From assembly GCA_963713795.1 (NCBI GenBank), contig CAVQNC010000015.1, positions 124,892 to 188,891 on the forward strand: DNA of 64,000 bases, in the 5' to 3' direction. The notes below the pieces were generated by a model. It was not told the origin of the DNA. It saw only the letters and a program-made list of their open reading frames with translations, and searched no databases. This DNA comes from an uncultured Chloroflexia bacterium. GTDB lineage: Bacteria > Chloroflexota > Limnocylindria > Limnocylindrales > CSP1-4. The stretch's first letter is position 1; each line of letters opens with the position of its first letter. Made by a program: the position numbers and the translations under genes. Shown here piece after piece: positions 56,923 to 64,000 of the stretch.

Positions 56923-57843
56923 TCAGCCCTTGATGGCCCCGCTGAGACCGCTGCCGCTGAGGAACATCCGCTGGAAGAGCAGGAAGAGCGCGATCGGGAT
57001 GGCCGATGAGATCAGCAGGGCCGCCAGGAAGATGTCCAGCTCCGTGGACGGCTGCAGCGTGGGGAGCCGCACGGACAGCGGTTGGAGGTCTGGATTCCGC
57101 AGCACCAGCAGCGGCCACAGGTAATCCTTCCACTCGCCTATGACGGCAAACACCGAGACGACGCCGAGGATGGGACGCGACAGGGGCAGCACGATCGACC
57201 AGAAGAGCCTGAACGGCCCGGCGCCGTCCACCTTGGCCGCCTCGAAGATCTCACGGGGCAGGCTGTCGAAGAACCGCTTCATGATCACGATGTTGAAGGC
57301 ATTCGCTCCCGCAGGAAGCCAGACCGCCCAGAACGTGTCGATCATGCTCAGGTTGACAAACGGAACGTTGACGACCGTGAGGTACAGGGGCACCAGCAGG
57401 ACGATCGAGGGCACGAACAGCGTCGCCAGCACCAGTCCCATTACGACCCTGCCGAACCTGGGGCGGAGTATGGATAGCGCGTAGGCCGCCGTGGTGGCGA
57501 CGGTGATCTCGACCAGCCAGCAGCCCGCGACGATCCACACGGTGTTCATGAAGTAACGATCGATATGGGTCTCCGTCCAGGCAGTCACGAGGTAGCTCAG
57601 GTCAAAACCGTTGGGCCACAGCGCCATGGGCGTGCGCAGCGTGTCCTGAGTCGGCGTGATGGCGGACTTTGCCAGCCACAGCAGCGGGCCCAGGCCGACG
57701 ACGAACAGGAAGGCAAGCGTAAGTCCGTGGATCGTCCGCAGGGTTCGGCGGATCCGCGGCCGATGCCAGTCGGCAATGGAGACGATGCGTCGTTCCGTCG
57801 TTGCGGCGCTCTGCCCGCGCCGCCTGGCAAGTCTCGACATCAT
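56923..57843 (-). CDS. Carbohydrate ABC permease (MalG-like)
   Basis: FFDSLPREIFEAAKVDGA EAA motif; start ATG 57843 overlaps the upstream stop. Confidence 0.93.
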   Translation of the reverse strand: MMSRLARRRGQSAATTERRIVSIADWHRPRIRRTLRTIHGLTLAFLFVVGLGPLLWLAKSAITPTQDTLRTPMALWPNGFDLSYLVTAWTETHIDRYFMNTVWIVAGCWLVEITVATTAAYALSILRPRFGRVVMGLVLATLFVPSIVLLVPLYLTVVNVPFVNLSMIDTFWAVWLPAGANAFNIVIMKRFFDSLPREIFEAAKVDGAGPFRLFWSIVLPLSRPILGVVSVFAVIGEWKDYLWPLLVLRNPDLQPLSVRLPTLQPSTELDIFLAALLISSAIPIALFLLFQRMFLSGSGLSGAIKG

Positions 57844-58787
57844 GAGGTGGCACTCCACGACCGGGTGAGCCAGAAGTAGACCGCGGTGAACAGGCCGAGG
57901 AACGCGGCCAGCATCACGCTGAGGGCCGCCGCCATCCCGTAGTCACCGCCGAGGCTGTTCTGGAACGCGTAGTGGTAGATGAGCAGCAGCACCGTCATCG
58001 TCGAGTTGGCCGGCCCACCACCGGTGAACAGGAATGGTTCGGTGAAGAGCTGGGCTGTGGCAATGAACTGGAGGATCAACGTGATGAACAGGATCCCGCG
58101 CAGGTGGGGCAGGGTGACGTGCCAGATCTTGTTCCAGATCGAGGCGCCGTCGACCTCGGCCGCGTCGTAAAGCTCGGCCGGGACGCTGAGCAGGGCGGCG
58201 AGATAGATGATCACGGTCCCGCCGGCCGCGGCCCAGGTAGCCTCCAGGACGATCGACGGCATCGCCGTGCCCGGATCCTGCAGCCACGGAAACGGCCCGA
58301 GGCCCACCCAACCGAGCATCGTGTTGAAGACTCCGTTGGGGCTGGCGTCGTAGAAGAACCGCCACAGGAGCACCGAGACGACCGGCGGGATCACCACGGG
58401 CAGATACGCCAGGGCGCTGTACAGGCCCTTGAAGTGGCGCGTCTCGCTCATCACCACGGCCAGCACGATCGGGATCGGGTAACCGATGACCAGCGCGAGT
58501 AGCATGAAGTAGATCGTGTTCGAGACGGCCGTGCCGAACATGGGATCCTGGAGCACGTTCACGAAGTTGTTGAGGCCGACCCACGTCGGCGGGGAGACGA
58601 GGTTCGTCTCCTGGAAGCTCATGACGACCGCCCGCCCGATCGGGAACCAGGAGAAGAGGCCGAATACCACGAACAGAGGCAGCAGGAAGACCAGCGTGCT
58701 CAGTCCATCTCGGCTGACCCAGGACGGCCGACTACGACGCTTGCGCGCGCTCTTTCCTGCCGTCTTCGGTCCAGCTGGAGAACTCAT
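57840..58787 (-). CDS. Carbohydrate ABC permease (MalF-like)
   Basis: WVGL.NF, YLAAL.SVP.ELYDAAEVDGA, G.AAALS. Confidence 0.93.
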   Translation of the reverse strand: MSSPAGPKTAGKSARKRRSRPSWVSRDGLSTLVFLLPLFVVFGLFSWFPIGRAVVMSFQETNLVSPPTWVGLNNFVNVLQDPMFGTAVSNTIYFMLLALVIGYPIPIVLAVVMSETRHFKGLYSALAYLPVVIPPVVSVLLWRFFYDASPNGVFNTMLGWVGLGPFPWLQDPGTAMPSIVLEATWAAAGGTVIIYLAALLSVPAELYDAAEVDGASIWNKIWHVTLPHLRGILFITLILQFIATAQLFTEPFLFTGGGPANSTMTVLLLIYHYAFQNSLGGDYGMAAALSVMLAAFLGLFTAVYFWLTRSWSATS

Positions 58788-58814
58788 GCCTGGGATACCT
58801 GCCCTTCTGAGCGT

Positions 58815-58844
58815 TGCCCTGCCGCGCTGACGCGCGGCAGGGCA
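58815..58844. other. Intercistronic stem-loop between the binding-protein and permease genes
   Basis: TGCCCTGCCGCGC-TGAC-GCGCGGCAGGGCA, a 13-bp perfect stem. Confidence 0.7.
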
Positions 58845-58910
58845 GGTACGGGTCTCACGGTCTCGTTGGGACCCAGGGGAAGGAGAGCCCGGGCCCCGGC
58901 GAAGTACCGC

Positions 58911-60359
58911 CTAAAGGCCCTTGTCGATGGCAGTTTGAACTTGCTTGTTGGCCGCGTTGAGGAGCGAGGTGATGTCGGCGTTCTTGTTGGTCAGCACGGC
59001 CTGGACGACCGGGTCGAGGATCGAGTAGAGCGTCTGGGTGCTGGCCACCGGCTCGCTGTCCAGCGGCTGGCTGAAGATGCTGCTCATGAACGGAGCCATC
59101 TGGCTCGTCGGGACGTTGATGTAGCTCTTGATCCAGGTCTGGTCCTGGTCGTAGATGGCCTTGGTGAAGATCGGCAGCGCCGGGACGCCCACGGGCTGCT
59201 TGTTGTCCTGGAGCGCCTTGGCGTTAGCCACGGCGGCGGTCTGGTTGGTCATCTGGCTGAGGTAGTAGAAGTTGATCCAGTCGACGGCCGCGTCGCGCTG
59301 CGCCTCGGTCGTGTTGACGTTGACGGCCGCCAGAGTGCCGCCGCCCATGAGGGCAGCCGTAGAAACGCTGGCGAGCGGAACGGTGGTGATGCCGTAGTCG
59401 GCGGGATTGAGGTTGTCGTTCTGGATCATCGTGGTGTACAGGTCGGAGCCGCCAAGGAACATGCCGATCTGGCCGGAGGCGAAGGCCTGGTTGATGGTGC
59501 CCCAGTTGTAGTCGAAGGTGGAGCCCATGGCGTTGTCGGTCCAGCGGAGCTTCTGGAGCCACTGCAGGGCCGCGACGGTGTACTGGTTGTTCACGGTGGC
59601 AGTGACCTTGCCGTCGCTGCCGACGCTCTCCATGCGCCCGCCCAGGGCGTACGTCAGGGTCGACAGCTGCCAGCCACCGGTGTTCTGCGTGGCCATCTGG
59701 GCGAAGCCGGCGACGCCGTCCTTCTGCGCGATGATCTTGGCGTCGGCCTCAACCTGGTCCCAGGTCGTCGGCGGCGAGTTGGGATCGAGGCCGGCCTTGG
59801 TGAACAGCGTGCGGTTGTAGGTCAGGGACATGCCGTACGCCGCCGTTGGCACGGCGAAGATCTTGCCGCTGGAATCCTGTCCGTTCACGAGCAGGTTCGG
59901 GTTGAACTGATCGGAGTCGGGAAGAGCCCGGACGCGGGAGTCGATGTTGACGATCTGCTGGGACTGGATCAGCCCCTTGCCGTCGGTGAAGGGAATGGTG
60001 AAGACGTCCGGCAGCGTGCCGGCGGCCAGCTGAGCCGTGAAGGTGGTGGCAAGCCACTGGTATTCCTGGCCCTGGACGGTGATCCACGGATACTGGGCTT
60101 CGAATTCGTCAACCCTGAGGTTGAACGCGTCGAACGCGGACTGCGTACTGCCCGGAAGCAGGCTGGCGACGGTGATCGTCACCGGCTTCGGGGTGACGGC
60201 GGGCGTCGGCGTGGCGGGTGCCGGAGTCGTGCCGGGCGCCTGGGTGGCGGCGGGGGCGGTCGGGCTCGGTGTGCTGCTGGAATTGCAGGCGCTCACGGTG
60301 ACGATGGCCAGGGCGGCCAGCGCCAGCGTCTTGATCCTGTGATTGGGCTTGGCTCTCAT
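58911..60359 (-). CDS. Sugar ABC substrate-binding lipoprotein
   Basis: Lipobox VSAC, Pro/Thr linker, LAAGTLPDV, YNRTLF.KAG.DP..PP.TW; GAGGA RBS before ATG 60359. Confidence 0.92.
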   Translation of the reverse strand: MRAKPNHRIKTLALAALAIVTVSACNSSSTPSPTAPAATQAPGTTPAPATPTPAVTPKPVTITVASLLPGSTQSAFDAFNLRVDEFEAQYPWITVQGQEYQWLATTFTAQLAAGTLPDVFTIPFTDGKGLIQSQQIVNIDSRVRALPDSDQFNPNLLVNGQDSSGKIFAVPTAAYGMSLTYNRTLFTKAGLDPNSPPTTWDQVEADAKIIAQKDGVAGFAQMATQNTGGWQLSTLTYALGGRMESVGSDGKVTATVNNQYTVAALQWLQKLRWTDNAMGSTFDYNWGTINQAFASGQIGMFLGGSDLYTTMIQNDNLNPADYGITTVPLASVSTAALMGGGTLAAVNVNTTEAQRDAAVDWINFYYLSQMTNQTAAVANAKALQDNKQPVGVPALPIFTKAIYDQDQTWIKSYINVPTSQMAPFMSSIFSQPLDSEPVASTQTLYSILDPVVQAVLTNKNADITSLLNAANKQVQTAIDKGL

Positions 60360-60450
60360 TTCCTCACTCACCTCGGTCATTTGCCCGGGCGACCACTTGC
60401 CCGGGACACAGTCCCCGACGGGAAGCCATCTCCGGTCAGTCACACCATCC

Positions 60451-62205
60451 TCATTCTCCTCCCACTGTCGGGACCCGGAGGGTGCGGTCCTCGGTTTGGG
60501 GCCGGTCGGGACGCAGCCACGCGGTCGCGTCCGACGGCAGCAGGCCGCCCGTCGGCTCGGTACTGGCAAGCAGCACGGATGCGCCGGCAGGCAATTCGAT
60601 CGGAGTTCGGGAGAGATTGGCGACGCAGACGAATCCGTCGCCCCTCTGGAAGGCGAGAACGTCTTCGGGCGACGGCAGCCAGCGCAGGCCGTCGCCGCCC
60701 AGGTCCGGATCGTTTCGCCGGATCCGCAGCATCTGCCGGTAGAGGCTGAGCATCGAGCCCGGATCTCTCTGCTCAGCCTCAACGGTCAATTCGGTCCAGT
60801 CGCCCGGCTGCGGCAGCCACGGCTTTCGGGTCGTGCCCGCCGGACTGAACCCGAAGGGCGGACGATCCCCGGCCCACGGCAGCGGGACCCGGCAGCCGTC
60901 CCGGCCCGGGTCCGCGCCGCCGGAGCGCAGGAACATCGGATCCTGACGCTTCTCGGCGGGCAGATCCTGGACCTCGTCCAGGCCCAGCTCCTCGCCCTGG
61001 TATATGTAGAGCGAACCCGGCAAAGCGGCGCACAGCAGCGCGGCGGCCCTTGCCCGCCGGCGCCCCAGGGCGATGTCGGTGGGGATGCCGGCCCGTTTCG
61101 TGGCAAAGGCAAAGGCCGTGTCTTCCTGCCCGTACCTCGTCACCGGCCGCGTGACGTCGTGATTCGACAGAACCCAGGTGGCCGGAGCGCCGACGGGCGC
61201 GTGAGCGGCCAGGGTGATGTCGATCGACTCCTTCAGGCTCGACGCGTCCCACGGCCGCGCCAGGAAGTCGAAGTTGAACGCGGTGTGGAGCTCATCCGGG
61301 CGCAGGTACTTGGTGAAGCGATCGATGTCCGGCAGCCAGATCTCCCCGACCAGGATCCGGGCGTCGGGATAGGAATCCGCGACCGCCCGCCAGCGCCGAT
61401 AGATCTCGTGCAGCTCGTCCCGATCGGTGTTGGGGTGCTCGCCGGCGCCCGGCTCGGCCGGGATCTCGGGCAGGTTCGGGTCCTTGACCAGGAGGGCGGC
61501 CGAGTCGATGCGGACCCCGGCGACGCCGCGGTCGAACCAGAACCTCAGCACGTCCTCGTGCTCGGCACGGACGTCGGGATGGCTCCAGTTCAGGTCCGGC
61601 TGCTCCGGCGAGAAGAGGTGGAGGTACCACTCGCCGGGAGTGCCGTCTGGGTTTGTGGTTCGGGTCCACGTCGGACCCCAGAAGTTGGACTTCCAGGCGG
61701 TCGGCATCTCGTCACCGTTCTCGCCCCGGCCGGGCCGGAACCAGAACCTGGCGCGTTCCGGCGAGCCGGGCCCGGCGGCCAGGGCGGCCTGGAACCAGGG
61801 GTGCTGATCCGAGACGTGGTTCGGAACGATGTCCACGATGGTCCGGATGCCCAGGTCGCGCGCCTCTGAGATCAACTTCTCGGCCTCACCGAGCGACCCG
61901 AAGGCCGGGTCGATGGCCCGGTAGTCGGCGACGTCGTAGCCGCCGTCGGCCAGCGGCGACACGTACCAGGGGGTGAACCAGATGGCGTCGACTCCCAGGT
62001 CCGCCAGGTACGGCAATCGAGCCCGAACCCCCGCCAGGTCGCCGATGCCGTCGCCGTTGCCGTCCGCGAAGCTCCGGACGTAGACCTGGTAGATGACGGC
62101 GCGCCGCCACCACTGGTCTTCGCACGTAGACGTGCCGCGGGGGCCTCCAGTCGCGCCGGCCGCCCGGGTCGGTCTTGCCGTGCTTGAAGGCGCCGCGTCT
62201 GTCAC
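60451..62205 (-). CDS. GH13 alpha-glucosidase/oligo-1,6-glucosidase
   Basis: WWRRAVIYQVYVRSFADGNGDGIGDL, DIVPNH, YLHLF..EQPDLNW, GVRIDSA, GEIW, SNHD, YQGEELG, GRDGCRVP. Confidence 0.95.
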   Translation of the reverse strand: MTDAAPSSTARPTRAAGATGGPRGTSTCEDQWWRRAVIYQVYVRSFADGNGDGIGDLAGVRARLPYLADLGVDAIWFTPWYVSPLADGGYDVADYRAIDPAFGSLGEAEKLISEARDLGIRTIVDIVPNHVSDQHPWFQAALAAGPGSPERARFWFRPGRGENGDEMPTAWKSNFWGPTWTRTTNPDGTPGEWYLHLFSPEQPDLNWSHPDVRAEHEDVLRFWFDRGVAGVRIDSAALLVKDPNLPEIPAEPGAGEHPNTDRDELHEIYRRWRAVADSYPDARILVGEIWLPDIDRFTKYLRPDELHTAFNFDFLARPWDASSLKESIDITLAAHAPVGAPATWVLSNHDVTRPVTRYGQEDTAFAFATKRAGIPTDIALGRRRARAAALLCAALPGSLYIYQGEELGLDEVQDLPAEKRQDPMFLRSGGADPGRDGCRVPLPWAGDRPPFGFSPAGTTRKPWLPQPGDWTELTVEAEQRDPGSMLSLYRQMLRIRRNDPDLGGDGLRWLPSPEDVLAFQRGDGFVCVANLSRTPIELPAGASVLLASTEPTGGLLPSDATAWLRPDRPQTEDRTLRVPTVGGE

Positions 62206-62294
62206 TTTGACTCGCTTCGATCCGGCAGGCCGGTGCCGTCACTCCATGGGCACCTGGCGCCGCAAGACGCAAAGTACACTCTAGAACAATATAA

Positions 62295-62300
62295 TGCAAG
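62295..62300. promoter_or_regulatory. CTTGCA box (putative MalR-type operator half-site) in the AT-rich promoter of the GH13 operon
   Basis: TGCAAG at 62295, with further copies at 63494 and 63544 around the regulator start. Confidence 0.5.
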
Positions 62301-62497
62301 ATCTGAACAAGATTACTTAGAAGGCGATACGCTCAGCGGGAACTACCGGATTGAAAGCAGTCCGCCACAGGTCGCCGGCGCAGGCAGCCGTCATCGGCCG
62401 AACGCCACCGCGCCAGGGATCTCCTGGCAGCCCAGGCCGCACGGCCGGGCGCGCCACCGCCTGGCGCCGGGCGGCCGAGGCGGGGCGGCCGAAGGAG

Positions 62498-63511
62498 CTA
62501 CCGGTTCGCGCCGGGCGGAGCCGTCGAGCCGCGGACCACGAGCTCAGGCTCGAAGAGCAGTTCGTCGTGGGAGAGGCCCGTGCCCTCGATCTGGCCGACG
62601 AGGAGCTCGATGATCATCCGGCACATCGGCTCGATGGGCTGGCGCACCGTGGTCAGCGGCGGGTCGATGCTGTTCATCAGCGCCGAATCGTCGAAGCCCA
62701 CGACGGAGACCTCCCTGGGTACGTTGAGGCCGCTGCGCTTAGCCGCGCGAATGGCACCCAGGGCCATGGGATCGCTGGCGCACACGACCCCGGAGACGCC
62801 GGTCTCGAGCAGCCGCATCGCCGCGGCCTGGGCGCCTTCGAGCGAGTAGTGGGAGTGGACGATCTGGTCCGGTCCGAGCGACACGCCCGATCTGGCAGCG
62901 ACTACCCGAGCCGCGGCAATCTTGCGCTGCGACGGGACGTGATCGGGGGGACCCACAAGGAGTCCGATGCGGGTGTGGCCGAGGGAGAGCAGGTGGCCCA
63001 TGGCCTGCTCGATGGCGACAGAGTCGTCGCACGATACGCACGGGAAATCCAGACCCTTCACGGCCGCGTTGACCAGAACCGTCGGCAGGTGCCGCCTGGC
63101 CAGAAGGCCGTAGTGCTCGTGCGGCGCGTCCTCCTGGGCATAGAACCCGCCCACGAAGACGATCCCCGAGACCTGCTGCTGCAGCAGAAGATCGACATAG
63201 TCGGCCTCGGAGACGCCACCGGCGGTCTGGGTGCACAACACCGGCGTGAAGCCCCGCTGGGCCAGCGCCCCGCCGACGACCTCGGCGAAGGCGGGGAAGA
63301 TCGGGTTCTGCAGCTCGGGCAGAACCAGGCCGACGAGCCTCGCCCTTTCGCCGCGCAGCTTCGTCGGACGCTCGTACCCCAGAACGTCCAGCGCCGTGAG
63401 GACCGCCTGGCGCGTCGGCTCTGAGACGCCGGGCCGCCCGTTCAGGACGCGGCTGACCGTGGCCTCGCTGACGCCTACCTTACGTGCTACCTCTGCAAGC
63501 CGTCTTGTCAT
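62498..63511 (-). CDS. LacI-family regulator (Streptomyces MalR/AglR-like)
   Basis: LAEVARKVGVSEATVSRVLNG HTH, VSVVGFDD, PPLTTVRQP, PELVVRGST; TAGAAT lies 6 nt before the ATG. Confidence 0.95.
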   Translation of the reverse strand: MTRRLAEVARKVGVSEATVSRVLNGRPGVSEPTRQAVLTALDVLGYERPTKLRGERARLVGLVLPELQNPIFPAFAEVVGGALAQRGFTPVLCTQTAGGVSEADYVDLLLQQQVSGIVFVGGFYAQEDAPHEHYGLLARRHLPTVLVNAAVKGLDFPCVSCDDSVAIEQAMGHLLSLGHTRIGLLVGPPDHVPSQRKIAAARVVAARSGVSLGPDQIVHSHYSLEGAQAAAMRLLETGVSGVVCASDPMALGAIRAAKRSGLNVPREVSVVGFDDSALMNSIDPPLTTVRQPIEPMCRMIIELLVGQIEGTGLSHDELLFEPELVVRGSTAPPGANR

Positions 63512-63717
63512 GCTGCAATTCTACGCAAAAACCAGCCAGCCTTTGCAAGTGCCTGTCCGGCCGGACTTCATCCCGTCGTCAAGGGCTGCCAAACCAGCCT
63601 CACGGCAGATCCGCCGTGCCGCCGCCACCCCGTACGAGCCGGACGGCCGTTCCCACGGCCGAGGCTAGACTGAGCGGAACCATTCGCAGGCACATACCCG
63701 GAGGTGAGACGGTGACC

Positions 63718-64000
63718 ATGGGCGCGCTCGGGACCGACTATGAAGCCATCGTCGAGGCTGCCGTGGAGCACGCCATCACCCGGCTCGATCTCACGACCAA
63801 GGTACGTCTCCTTACCGGCGTCGACTTCTGGACGACGTACGCCGCGCCGGAGGCGGGCCTTCGCCGGATGATCGTCTCCGACGGGCCCGCCGGCGTGAAG
63901 GGCGGCTCCGTCGGTCACGACGAGACGACGACCAGCCTGCCGAGCCCGACCGCCCTGGCCGCGAGCTGGGACGACGACCTGATCGGCGAGGTCGGGGCGT
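63718..64000 (+). CDS. GH3 beta-glucosidase, N-terminal part (truncated by the window; absent from the ORF track)
   Basis: Manual translation: MGALGTDYEA...LDLTTKVRLLTGVDFWTT...GLRRMIVSDGPAGVKG...SLPSPTALAASWDDDL; GGAGG RBS (start GTG 63712 or ATG 63718). Confidence 0.88.
   Translation, partial: MGALGTDYEAIVEAAVEHAITRLDLTTKVRLLTGVDFWTTYAAPEAGLRRMIVSDGPAGVKGGSVGHDETTTSLPSPTALAASWDDDLIGEVGA

Overview
Very GC-rich bacterial chromosomal window with about 53 protein-coding genes. I found no rRNA, tRNA, CRISPR array or transposase. Gene content and style suggest a Chloroflexota-type organism (possibly Limnocylindria-like); this is inference only. Contents, left to right: a GT-C glycosyltransferase; a cobalamin-riboswitch-controlled ECF transporter operon with two surface-anchored proteins; an F420-type LLM oxidoreductase, an Fe-ADH and a tandem ABM/LsrG protein; two ECF sigma/anti-sigma pairs bracketing NUDIX-darA and a degenerate GAF-GGDEF; a ~2 kb gene-poor interval (17.4-19.36 kb) with two different repeat arrays flanking a ~150-200 nt rod-like RNA candidate; an AAA-R3H protein, a tandem GNAT and pdxT/pdxS; VanZ, UdgB and a two-permease FtsX-type ABC system; two tandem TadE-TadG(vWA) cassettes; HNH, a CCA-adding enzyme, TPR, galE and an apparently dead DNA-ligase domain; a glucosylglycerate-type operon whose USP-GpgS fusion carries a 1-nt frameshift; nth, a two-component system, a nitrilase and an HD protein; and an actinobacterial-style MalR/GH13/sugar-ABC cluster with a partial GH3 at the right edge. 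The best novelty candidates are the repeat-flanked rod RNA, the duplicated Tad tip cassettes, the pseudo-ligase and the possible split transcobalamin-like B12 capture pair. All calls are by eye; no searches or folding programs were run.
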